The notes under the pieces: model-generated | The model's database searches: none | What the model was told of the DNA's origin: nothing | What the model saw: only the letters and a program-made list of their open reading frames with translations | Made by a program: the position numbers and the translations under genes | Source of the DNA: an uncultured Aeromonadales bacterium | GTDB taxonomy: Bacteria; Pseudomonadota; Gammaproteobacteria; Enterobacterales; Succinivibrionaceae | NCBI GenBank assembly: GCA_902782145.1 | Contig: CACZLZ010000008.1 | Coordinates: 23,327 to 87,326 of the forward strand | DNA length: 64,000 nucleotides | Reading direction: 5' to 3' | In this document: piece by piece, positions 20,003 to 29,185 of the stretch | Position numbering within the stretch: position 1 is the stretch's first letter | Layout: the number at the start of each line of letters is the position of its first letter

Positions 20003-23000
20003 CTGTCAGATGGAAGATGGCGCACCAGGATCTGCACCGGATGAGGCGCCGCCCTGCCCTCCATGCGCCGCACCTGGCTGCGGCAGGAGTAGCCGGTGAC
20101 CGCGCAGTGCTCCACGCCGTAGCGCTTCACCGCCGCCCCGAAACTCTGGCTGTAGATCCGCCGGGAGGACTCCCGGTGGATCCGCTCATGGCCGTACATG
20201 CCCGCCATGCCGCAGCAGCCCACAGGCACCGGCTTCAGTTTCAGGCCGAAGAAATCAAAGATCCGCACCCAGTCCCCGTGGGCGGAGGGGCAGAAGGTCT
20301 TCTCCTGGCAGTGGGCCAGAAGATAGAAGGTGTCACCGCAGGCGAAGTCCTCCGCCGCCTGCCGGTGCTCCAGCACCTGCAGGAGCCACTCCTGGGGCAG
20401 CAGCACCTGGAAGTCACCCCGATCATCCCCCAGGATCTTCCGGTACTCATCCCGGTAGCAGATCACCATGGCGGGATCCAGTCCCACCATAGGAATACCC
20501 AGACTGTCCAGCTCACAGAGGAACTCAGCGGTGGAGCGGGCGTTCCGGGCAAAAGCTCGGAGGAAGCCCCTGACATGCTGAGCCTTGCCGTTGGGACGGA
20601 AGGGCACCAGCCAGGGCTCAAAGCCCAGATGCCGGATCAACTTCAGCATGTCCCCGATGACATCGGCCTCATAGCAGCTGGTAAAGGGATCCTGCACCAG
20701 CAGCACGGCCCGGGACCGCTGCTCCGGGGAAAGGTGCCGGAGGGCGTCCAGGCTGAAGGCTGGCAGCCCCATCCGGGAAGCAATGTCCGACAAAGTGGGA
20801 TAACTTAAAGCCGGCAGATCCACCATGCCGAAGGCATGCTCCCCAACTGCCCGGGACAGTGGGTTGCCCATCAGCAGGTTGGCTATCCGGGGAAGGCGGG
20901 CCATATAGGGAAGCACCACCTCGGCGGAGGCCACAAAATAGTCCCGGACCGGCCTGAGGTAGCGCCGGTGGTACATGTAGAGGAAGCGTGACCGGAAGTT
21001 GGCAATGTCCACCTTCACCGGGCACTGAGTGGAACAGGCCTTGCAGGCCAGACATTCAGACAGGGACTCCATGACCTCATGGGAGAAGTCGTAGCTGCCC
21101 AGGCTCTTCCTGATCGTGTTGGCACACCGGGCAAGGTAGTCCCGGAAGGTCATGCCCTTCTCCAGATCCTCCTCGGTGATCAGATCCGCCCCGGCCAGTT
21201 CCATCTCCCTGAGCCACTCCCGGGCCAGGCCTGCCCGGCCCTTGGGAGAAAACCGCCGGTCCCGGGTGAGTTTGTAGGACGGGCACATGGGAGTGTTCAG
21301 ATCGTAGTTGAAGCAGGCGCCGTTACCGTTGCAGATCATCACATCCCCATACCGGCGGCGGATCTCCAAGGGGATCTGCCGATCGAAAGTGCCCCGCTTC
21401 TGAAAAGACACCGGCACCAGCTCCTCCGCCGATCCCAGGGGCGTGCAGATCTTGCCGGGATTGATATGGTTCCGGGGATCAAACACCCCCTTGATGCGCC
21501 TGAGATCCTCAAACAGGGCACCGAAGTACTCCGGTCCGTACTGGGAGCGGAAGCCCCGGCCGTGCTCGCCCCACATTAGGCCGCCGTACTTGGCGGTGAG
21601 GCGCACCATCTTGCCGGTAAGCTCGTGCAGCAACTCCTCCTGCTCCGGATCGCACATGTCCAAGGCCGGCCTGACATGCAGCACCCCGGAGTCCACATGT
21701 CCGAACATGCCGTAGGTCAGTCCATGGGAGTCCAGGAGGGCCCTGAACTCCGCAATGTAGTCCGCCAGGTGCTCCGGGGGCACGCAGGTGTCCTCGGTGA
21801 AGGGGATGGGCTTGGCGTCGCCCTCCGCCCGTCCCAGGAAGCCCACAGCCTTTTTGCGCATGGCGTAGATGTTCCTGATGGAAGCGGGATCGTCGGTCAC
21901 CTGGTAGCCCACCACCCCGCCCTTCCCGGCGCTGATCTCCTGATCCAGCCGGCGGCAGAGTTCCCCGGCTTTCCGCCGGAGCTCCTTCTCGTCATCCCCG
22001 GCAAACTCCACAATGTTGATCCCATGCATATCATGTCCGGGGACATCGGTGATGAGATCCTGCACCGAATGCCAAATGATATCCGTGCGGGCCAGGTTCA
22101 GCACCTTGGAGTCCACCGTCTCCACGGACAGACAGCCGGAGGATACCATGATCCGGGCACTGCGCAGGGCCGAGTCAAAGCTGTCATACTTGACGTTGAT
22201 GAGCATCCGGAAGGAGGGAATGTGATCCAGGGAGAGCCTGGCCTCCACTATGAACCCCAGGGTGCCCTCGGCGCCGCAGATCAGCCGGGAGATGTCCAGA
22301 ACTCCGGTTTGAGGATCCCAGGCATGCCGGAGATCATAACCGGTGAGGAACCGGGTGAGCCGGGGGAAGGTCCGGTCAATCTCCTCCTGCTTTTCCCGGA
22401 GAATGCCGTAAACGGTGCGGTAGATCTCACCCTCGGTGCCCTCCAGTGCCAGTTTCCGCTCCAGTTCCTGCCCCGACACCGGGCCAAACTCGGCCAGGGT
22501 GCCGTCCCACAGCACCACGGTCACCGCGGACACATGCTGGGAGGTCTTGCCGTACACCAGGGATCCCTGGCCTGAGGCGTCAGTGCTGATCATGCCGCCG
22601 ATGGTGGCGCGGTTGGAGGTGGAAAGTTCCGGGGAGAAGAAGAGACCCGAGGGCCGGAGGTAGTCGTTCAGCTGATCCTTCACCACTCCCGGCTGCACCC
22701 GGACTGAGCGCTCTGCGGGACTGAAGGACAGCACCACATTCAGGTGCCGGGAGAGATCCACCACCACGCCGCCGTTCAGGGACTGGCCGTTGGTGCCGGT
22801 ACCCCCGCCCCGGGGGGACAGGCGGATATCGGAATACTCATCCCGGGCGGCCACCCGGCACAGAAGCTGCACGTCCCGCACCGAACGGGGAAAGATCACC
22901 GCCTGGGGCAGCCACTGGTAGACACTGTTGTCCGTAGCCGCGGACAGACGGCTGGAAAAGCCGGTCTCCACATCCCCCTGGAAGCCCTCGGCCGCCAGGG

Positions 23001-23061
23001 TTCCAAGATAACTGCGGTAAAGCCCGTCAACAACGGTCTGTTCGCTAAGCTGAGGTATCAT
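19999..23061 (-). CDS. ydiJ: FAD-binding and (Fe-S)-binding oxidoreductase, YdiJ-like (GlcD-type FAD domain fused to a GlcF/CCG-type domain)
   Basis: 1020 aa. The N-terminal FAD PCMH domain has PRGGGTGTNGQS. The central ferredoxin-like part has CLACKACSTQCP. The C-terminal region is Cys-rich. Size matches E. coli YdiJ. Confidence 0.85.
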   Translation of the reverse strand: MIPQLSEQTVVDGLYRSYLGTLAAEGFQGDVETGFSSRLSAATDNSVYQWLPQAVIFPRSVRDVQLLCRVAARDEYSDIRLSPRGGGTGTNGQSLNGGVVVDLSRHLNVVLSFSPAERSVRVQPGVVKDQLNDYLRPSGLFFSPELSTSNRATIGGMISTDASGQGSLVYGKTSQHVSAVTVVLWDGTLAEFGPVSGQELERKLALEGTEGEIYRTVYGILREKQEEIDRTFPRLTRFLTGYDLRHAWDPQTGVLDISRLICGAEGTLGFIVEARLSLDHIPSFRMLINVKYDSFDSALRSARIMVSSGCLSVETVDSKVLNLARTDIIWHSVQDLITDVPGHDMHGINIVEFAGDDEKELRRKAGELCRRLDQEISAGKGGVVGYQVTDDPASIRNIYAMRKKAVGFLGRAEGDAKPIPFTEDTCVPPEHLADYIAEFRALLDSHGLTYGMFGHVDSGVLHVRPALDMCDPEQEELLHELTGKMVRLTAKYGGLMWGEHGRGFRSQYGPEYFGALFEDLRRIKGVFDPRNHINPGKICTPLGSAEELVPVSFQKRGTFDRQIPLEIRRRYGDVMICNGNGACFNYDLNTPMCPSYKLTRDRRFSPKGRAGLAREWLREMELAGADLITEEDLEKGMTFRDYLARCANTIRKSLGSYDFSHEVMESLSECLACKACSTQCPVKVDIANFRSRFLYMYHRRYLRPVRDYFVASAEVVLPYMARLPRIANLLMGNPLSRAVGEHAFGMVDLPALSYPTLSDIASRMGLPAFSLDALRHLSPEQRSRAVLLVQDPFTSCYEADVIGDMLKLIRHLGFEPWLVPFRPNGKAQHVRGFLRAFARNARSTAEFLCELDSLGIPMVGLDPAMVICYRDEYRKILGDDRGDFQVLLPQEWLLQVLEHRQAAEDFACGDTFYLLAHCQEKTFCPSAHGDWVRIFDFFGLKLKPVPVGCCGMAGMYGHERIHRESSRRIYSQSFGAAVKRYGVEHCAVTGYSCRSQVRRMEGRAAPHPVQILVRHLPSDR

Positions 23062-23224
23062 CTGCTCCCATCCTGTCCAGCAACTGCGTCATTACCCCCT
23101 CATTCTATCATCATTCAGGATTTTATCGGCATGTGGGGATCCGGGAGACGTTCCGCTGACTCCGGCGGGATGGCTGGTCAGGCTTCCGGAGAAAATCTGG
23201 GTAGAACTGGCAGCAGGATCTGAG

Positions 23225-23316
23225 CCCTGAGTCTAAGTCTAAGTCTAAGTCTGAGTCAGAGTCGGAGCCTAAACCATAGCCAGGATCAGAGCCTAAGCCA
23301 GAGTCTGAGCCTAAGT
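23225..23316. repeat. hexanucleotide tandem repeat (GTCTAA/GTCTGA/GCCTAA, about 15 units)
   Basis: Read directly: ccctga gtctaa gtctaa gtctaa gtctga gtcaga gtcgga gcctaa ... gtctga gcctaa. Confidence 0.85.
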
Positions 23317-23426
23317 AGCGATCAGAAATATCAGTGACAGAGACATTGCCAGATCCAGGATCAGCCACCCTGCTGGATCTGGAAGGGAGAATAAGAAATG
23401 GAAAAAAGGAGAAGGGGAAAGCCGGC

Positions 23427-23666
23427 TCAGCGGCGTCCTCCGTGATGGATCACAGGAGCATAGGCAGACGAACCGGTATCAGCCGCAGGACCGCCGGCGC
23501 AGGAGGAGGGACCGAAGACCATCAGGCCTACGGTGGAAAGAAGGATGAAAGCCACAGCGGAGTAAACCGCCGCACTCAAAATAAGGCGCCGCCTGGACAC
23601 CGCCCCCCTGTGGGATCCGGAAAACTTCATGTGAAACAATCCCGCTGTCCGCTCTTCAGATGACAT
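23427..23666 (-). CDS. possible small membrane protein (79 aa)
   Basis: ATG 23666 has GGGAGAA 7 nt upstream. One hydrophobic helix, LILSAAVYSAVAFILLSTVGLMVF. No family recognised, and it lies in a gene-poor gap. Confidence 0.25.
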   Translation of the reverse strand: MSSEERTAGLFHMKFSGSHRGAVSRRRLILSAAVYSAVAFILLSTVGLMVFGPSSCAGGPAADTGSSAYAPVIHHGGRR

Positions 23667-24286
23667 GGTGCATTCTCCCGGAAACCGGCGGCAAAATCCC
23701 GCTCCCGGATCACATTTTGTATAAATTTTGAACAAAGCGCCAGAGTCGGACCCGCCGTCCACCAGATCGGATATGCCCCATGTCTCAACCCCGCCGCCCG
23801 GACCGGATCTGCCTCATGCACCAACCACGCCTTAACGGATCTGCCCCCACTGCACCAACGCCCTGCCCACGGCAGACGGCACCCAGGGGGCCTCCCAGAT
23901 CATGCTCCTGCCCAGCTCAACGCACCCTCCCGGCATCTCCCGCACCGGAGTCTGGTGATCCAGGAACCCCCTTTTCCCGCTCACAAAAAGCTCCCGTCCA
24001 CCGCCAGTGCCCCCGGCTCCCTCTGCTATAATCACCCGCAGACGGTCCGGCGCCGGCCTGCCACCGGGATGCGCCCAACGCCCCGCACCATAGGCCAATG
24101 CCAGATCCGGCTCCTCCGCCCTTCACCGCCGGAGGTGCCTGATACGGATCCCTGTCCCGGTCCCAGATCCCGCCCCCGGACCCAGAATCAGCCCCGGCCC
24201 GGACCCAGTCCAGGTCCCATTCCCAGCACCGGATCCCAGCCACCGGCGGCCCGGTACCCGCCATCACCAGCAACGGAGACACTGCC

Positions 24287-25636
24287 ATGGAAACCATCCT
24301 CATCAAAGACGCCACAGTGGTCAACGAAAACCGCCTCCAGGAGGCCGACGTTCTGATCCGCTCCGGCCGGATTGAGCACATCGGCCAGGGGATTGCCTGC
24401 CCCGGTGCCCGCATTGTGAACGCCGCCGGGCTCCACCTGCTTCCTGGACTCATTGACGATCAGGTGCACTTCCGGGATCCGGGAGGGGAGGCCAAGGCCG
24501 ACATAGAGTCCGAAAGCCGGGCGGCTGTGGCCGGCGGCACCACCTCCTTCATGGACATGCCGAACACCAACCCCCAGACGGTGACCATAGAGGCCTGGGA
24601 GAAGAAGATGCAGCGGGCCGCCGCCGTCTCCGCAGCCAACTACGGCTTTTTCCTGGGAGGCACCAATGACAACAGCGAAGAGGTGCGCCGGCTGGATCCA
24701 CTCCGCTGCCCGGGGCTCAAGATCTTCATGGGCTCATCCACCGGCAACATGCTGGTGGATCGGGAGGAGGCCCTGGACACCCTCTTCAGCATCGCCCCCG
24801 CACTCATTGCCGTGCACTGCGAGGACAGCCGCATCATCAGCGCCAATGAGCAGAAGGCCCGGGAGCAATACGGGGAGGATGTCCCGGTGGCCATGCACCC
24901 CCTGATCCGGTCCCGGGAGGCCTGCTTCGCATCCTCAAGGCTGGCTGCAGATCTGGCCCTGAGGCACGGCGCCAGCCTGCACATTCTCCATGTGTCCACA
25001 GCGGAGGAGGTGGCACTCCTGAAGGAGATCAACCGGGATCTGCCCCCGGGACAGCGCCGGATCACCGGCGAGGCCTGCCTGCCCCACCTGATGTTCACCG
25101 ATGAGGACTACACCGCCCTGGGAACCCTCATCAAGTGCAACCCGGCAGTGAAAACCGCCGCTGACCGAAAAGCGCTCCTCCAGGGACTCCGGGATCATGT
25201 CCTGGACATCATCGCCACCGATCATGCCCCCCACCTCTTGGAGGAGAAAAGACGGACCTACTTCCGTGCCCCCTCGGGGATCCCCATGTGCCAGCACACC
25301 CTGTGCGCCCTGCTGGAGCTTTTCCATGAGGGTGAACTGTCCCTGGAGGACATTGTGAACGCCACCGCCCACAATGTGGCCCGGCGCTACGGCATTGATG
25401 AGCGGGGCTTCATCCGGGAGGGGTACCATGCAGATCTGGTGCTGGCAGATCTCAGAGGAACCACCCGGGTCACCGAAGATGGAGTCCTCCACAAGTGCCG
25501 CTGGACTCCCTTCACCGGCCGCACCTTCCGCTCCCGGATTGTCATGACCCTGGTGAATGGGCATATAGCCTTTGAAAACGGGTGCCTCAGCCCAGGCAAG
25601 GCCATGGCCCTGACCTTCGGCAACCGGTCAAAATAA
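24287..25636 (+). CDS. pyrC: dihydroorotase (class I cyclic amidohydrolase)
   Basis: LPGLIDDQVHFRDPG...AVAGGTTSFMDMPNTNP...ATDHAPH are the amidohydrolase metal-site motifs. The DDQVHF variant is one I recall from long-type dihydroorotases. Confidence 0.75.
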   Translation: METILIKDATVVNENRLQEADVLIRSGRIEHIGQGIACPGARIVNAAGLHLLPGLIDDQVHFRDPGGEAKADIESESRAAVAGGTTSFMDMPNTNPQTVTIEAWEKKMQRAAAVSAANYGFFLGGTNDNSEEVRRLDPLRCPGLKIFMGSSTGNMLVDREEALDTLFSIAPALIAVHCEDSRIISANEQKAREQYGEDVPVAMHPLIRSREACFASSRLAADLALRHGASLHILHVSTAEEVALLKEINRDLPPGQRRITGEACLPHLMFTDEDYTALGTLIKCNPAVKTAADRKALLQGLRDHVLDIIATDHAPHLLEEKRRTYFRAPSGIPMCQHTLCALLELFHEGELSLEDIVNATAHNVARRYGIDERGFIREGYHADLVLADLRGTTRVTEDGVLHKCRWTPFTGRTFRSRIVMTLVNGHIAFENGCLSPGKAMALTFGNRSK

Positions 25637-25860
25637 GCTTGCTGTCGCTTTCCTGGCAGTTTATTTGTGCTATACATAAAGGAGAGGGGATCTGTCTCCC
25701 CTGATCAGAGAGCAGCATGGAAAGCCGCCCGCCGGACAGACCGGCAGGCGGACACGGGACCAAATGCTGTGCTCCGGGCAGGCACACCGCCACAGGCACA
25801 AGCGCACCAGTATAAGAACACTGAATATAAAGCGTCAGCCGGAACACGGGAAAGAAAATA

Positions 25861-28431
25861 ATGGCAGTCAACGTTCGCAAGCTATTCAAGTCACCCAGAA
25901 AAAAGCAGGCCGGGGATGATCCCCTGCTCCCTGAGAAGCCTGGTGCCGCCCCTGCCGGGGACACTGCCCCATCCCGGAAAGAAGCCTCTGCCGGAAAGGC
26001 GGACAAATCTCCCCTGCCCGGCAGTCAGACCGGATCCGGGACCCCTGGAGACGGCAGCGCACGCCCTGCCGCCACTCCTGCATCATCCAAAGAGACTTCC
26101 CCGGACGGCAGCAGCCGCCTGAAGGCCACATCCGGCGGCAGCAGTTCTCCCGGCTCCAGGAATGCACCCGCCGCCAAAACTACCGCAGCAGGAAAGAGGG
26201 GCCGCTCCCCAGATCCGGCCGCATCTGCCGCCTCCATCAGAGCCGGCACCGGCACTTCTTCCATCAGATCCGGTGACCTGGGCAGCCGAGCCGCCCGATC
26301 CGGTGACAGATCTTCCCCTTCCAGCAGTTCCGGCGGCAGCACGAACCTTTCCGGCAAGATCGGCAGCAATGCCGGATCCGCTGGCAAGGGAAAGAAAGAA
26401 CGATCCCTTAAAGATCGGATCTACGGCATCATCACCTTCTCCGACATATCCATTGTCAACGTGGTGCACATGGGCTTCTTGCTGCTCCTGTTCATCATCT
26501 GCGGCATCGCCGGCATCACCTATTCCAGCCTGAGCAGCCTCAGCAGCGCCTTCAACGTGGTTTCAGATCACGCCACCCCCATGGCCATGATCGCCAAATC
26601 CATGGAGTCCGATCTGCTGCTCATCCACGACGACGTGAACCAGATCCTCATGGAGCGGGTCCCGGACCGCATAGCCGTCCATGAGAAGGAGCTGTCCTCC
26701 TTCCGGGAAAGCTTCCAGAAGTCCCTGGAGGATTTCCAGGAGATCACCCGGGATGAGCCCAAGCTCCAGGAACTCATTGCCGGGGTACAGGGCATGACCG
26801 ACGCCTACCTGTCGGAGATCAGCAAGATCCCCGCCCTCCGGGGGGAACTCCTGAAGAGAACCGCCGAGGTCAACAAGCAGAAGGCCGCCTTCGGCGGTCT
26901 GGTGCGCTTCTTCAACAACGAGGAGACCGCCTTCTTCGCCAAGATTGACGATGATTTCCTCCTGGACAGCTACCGTTGCATGAAAGCCGCCCAGAGCACC
27001 ATGGAGAGCAACACCACCACCGCCCTGGACACGGATATCCCCGAGAAGATCCAGGAGTACATCAAGACCAACCAGAGCTACCTGAAGGAGTTCAACCTGA
27101 ATCTCAATGATCTCAAAGCCGAGATCAAGGATCTGGAAAACAACCTGGGCACCTACATCTCCAGTTTCATCTATGACACCACCAATCCCAACGGTCTGAT
27201 CTACAACCACCTGAAGCTGGCCGAGGAGACCATGGAGCTCCAGCGTGCCGCCGACGGGGCCAAGGAGAACATCATCCGGATCCGGGAGCACATCCACACA
27301 GTCCAGAAAATGGCCAACGAGGCCATCAACCAGAGCAACCGCACGGCCAACAGCATCTTTGACCGCAGCCGGATAACCCTGCTGGTGTCCGTGGCCCTGT
27401 CCATTGTGGTGGCACTGTTCGTGGCCTTCCTGGTGGGCAGATCCATCCGGGTGCCCCTGGGGCGCATCATCAGCGCCATCTCCGCCATGTCCGACGGCGT
27501 CTACGTGGGCCGCCTGGGCTACCGTGCCAACAACGAGTTTGGCCTGCTGACCCGCAGGATCAAGGCCTTGCGGCTGCAGTTTGCCGACGTGCTCCGCCAG
27601 GTGTCCGAGGGATCCAACAAGGTCAAGAATGCGGCTGAAGCCAACACCGATGCCGCCACCAACACCGCCAACGGCATCCAGTCCCAGCAGCGCATGACCC
27701 GGGACATGGTGAACGCCATCGAGGAGATGCGGGCCTCCGGCGCCGAAATGGCCGACTCCGCCAACGAGACCCGGAAGATAGTCCTCCAGGCCGGGGAGGC
27801 AGTGACCAACGGCAGCGATGTCATCAACCGCAACATTGAGTCCACCAGGAAGCTGGCCGAGCAGATCGCCTCCACCGGCGAGCGGGTCAACCAGGTGAGT
27901 GCCATGAGCCAGAACATCAACTCGGTGATCCAGGTTATCCGCGGGGTAGCGGATCAGACCAACCTGCTGGCCCTGAACGCCGCCATTGAGGCTGCCCGGG
28001 CCGGTGAACACGGCCGGGGCTTTGCCGTGGTGGCAGACGAGGTCCGCAGTCTGGCAAGCAAGACCGCCGCCGCCACCAACCAGATCCGGGAGGTTATCGA
28101 GGCGCTGCAGGACTCCGTGGGCAAGTCAGTGGACTCCATGCAGGAATGCCGCAATGAGATGGAAAAGTCCATCAGCCAGACCTCCGACGTCCACCATGCC
28201 ATTCAGAAGATCCAGACTCACCTCAACGTCATCACCGAATATTCCGACAAGATCGTGGATGCCGCCAACAACCAGGCCAGCAGCACCGACGCCGTGGCCA
28301 TGAACGTGAAGGACATTGCCTCCATTTCCGAGAGCAACGTGGAGGAGATCAACAAGGTGAAGGAAGCCTGCCTGGGTCTGAACGAACTGGCCAGATCCCA
28401 AACCGAGTGGGTCAGCAAGTTCACCTTCTGA
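25861..28431 (+). CDS. methyl-accepting chemotaxis protein with about 190-aa low-complexity N-terminal extension
   Basis: Signalling hairpin QTNLLALNAAIEAARAGEHGRGFAVVADEVRSLASKTA. Two TM segments flank a helical sensor region, followed by a HAMP-like segment. Confidence 0.9.
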   Translation: MAVNVRKLFKSPRKKQAGDDPLLPEKPGAAPAGDTAPSRKEASAGKADKSPLPGSQTGSGTPGDGSARPAATPASSKETSPDGSSRLKATSGGSSSPGSRNAPAAKTTAAGKRGRSPDPAASAASIRAGTGTSSIRSGDLGSRAARSGDRSSPSSSSGGSTNLSGKIGSNAGSAGKGKKERSLKDRIYGIITFSDISIVNVVHMGFLLLLFIICGIAGITYSSLSSLSSAFNVVSDHATPMAMIAKSMESDLLLIHDDVNQILMERVPDRIAVHEKELSSFRESFQKSLEDFQEITRDEPKLQELIAGVQGMTDAYLSEISKIPALRGELLKRTAEVNKQKAAFGGLVRFFNNEETAFFAKIDDDFLLDSYRCMKAAQSTMESNTTTALDTDIPEKIQEYIKTNQSYLKEFNLNLNDLKAEIKDLENNLGTYISSFIYDTTNPNGLIYNHLKLAEETMELQRAADGAKENIIRIREHIHTVQKMANEAINQSNRTANSIFDRSRITLLVSVALSIVVALFVAFLVGRSIRVPLGRIISAISAMSDGVYVGRLGYRANNEFGLLTRRIKALRLQFADVLRQVSEGSNKVKNAAEANTDAATNTANGIQSQQRMTRDMVNAIEEMRASGAEMADSANETRKIVLQAGEAVTNGSDVINRNIESTRKLAEQIASTGERVNQVSAMSQNINSVIQVIRGVADQTNLLALNAAIEAARAGEHGRGFAVVADEVRSLASKTAAATNQIREVIEALQDSVGKSVDSMQECRNEMEKSISQTSDVHHAIQKIQTHLNVITEYSDKIVDAANNQASSTDAVAMNVKDIASISESNVEEINKVKEACLGLNELARSQTEWVSKFTF

Positions 28432-28704
28432 GAACTGCTCCGTGCCCTAGGCACGTGGGGCTCCGCTCAGGCTCGGAAACTCCGCTCAGACCTCTGTTCC
28501 TTCGTGTGATACGGCAGGATCGAAGCCCTGGGCGGTCACTGCCACTGGAAGGTAACTGATCCGGCATCCTCTCCCCAGGAGCTTCTTCAGGCAGTGCTTT
28601 TATTCTCACCCGCTAACTTGCGCCCGCCTCATATCTCCGCAATGCAGGAGGGAGGCCAAAACGAGACCTCTCCCCGCAGATCACCCGCACCTGATCCTGC
28701 TCAT

Positions 28705-29107
28705 CACGCAAAAACCTCATTTTCAGCCGCCAACAGCCCGGCAGTGACTGCACATACCAGCCTTATGTCCTGCAATATCTGCATTTTTTGCCACTCAGAA
28801 CGTTGCAATAACTGCACTTTTTAACGCTCACGGCACTGCAAAATCTGCACTTTTTGGCTGCAGTGCCCAGAATACCGCACTGATCCTGACCAGATCCAGC
28901 ACAACTCCATGCCTTCAGGAACTCCGCAAGCCCCATTTCCCCTTTCTCCTGAACAGAAAAGCTGGCAACAGCAGTTTAGTCAAATTCGCAAAACCTGCAC
29001 TTTTTGCTGCACAGCAACCTGCAAAACCACCATTTTCAGCCCCATTGGATCATGCAAAACCTGCACTTTTCGCTCCTTTCAGCTATGCAAAAACCGCACC
29101 TTCAGAC
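28705..29107. repeat. array of at least 8 copies of a palindromic 21-nt motif TGCAAAAyCTGCACTTTTTGC, phased at 33 bp
   Basis: Copies begin at 28708, 28771, 28804, 28837, 28987, 29020, 29053 and 29086. The arms GCAAAA / TTTTGC are inverted. Eroded copies lie between the two blocks. Confidence 0.85.
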
Positions 29108-29185
29108 AAAAAGCCGATCCAGCCTGAGTTTTTTCTGTTCTAGTGTGTGATAATCCATGCAGTCATCTGCTCCCGGAGGGACACA

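Noticed and set aside
23917-24453. 178-aa minus-strand ORF spanning the pyrC start.
   Set aside because: It overlaps the dihydroorotase start and the hexamer-periodic tract, has a low-complexity Gly/Trp/Asp/Arg-rich product, and has no RBS.
28519-28527. 9-bp ATCGAAGCC also present at 32903-32911, as possible att-type direct repeats of the island.
   Set aside because: It is short enough to occur by chance in flanks of a few hundred bp, and no integrase or tRNA supports site-specific integration. It is mentioned only as a weak clue.
28705-29107. Possible CRISPR array (regularly spaced repeats).
   Set aside because: The period is only 33 bp (about a 21-nt repeat plus a 12-nt spacer), the spacers are partly related to each other, the copies are degenerate, and no cas genes are present. 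This is not CRISPR-like.
28909-29127. Cys/Thr-rich 72-aa ORF (…KTCTFCCTATCKTTIFSPIGSCKTCTF…) as a RiPP/lanthipeptide precursor.
   Set aside because: No modification enzyme, protease or transporter genes are nearby. The same repeat continues upstream across an in-frame TAA. The units are palindromic at the DNA level. It is kept only as an alternative inside the repeat-array finding.
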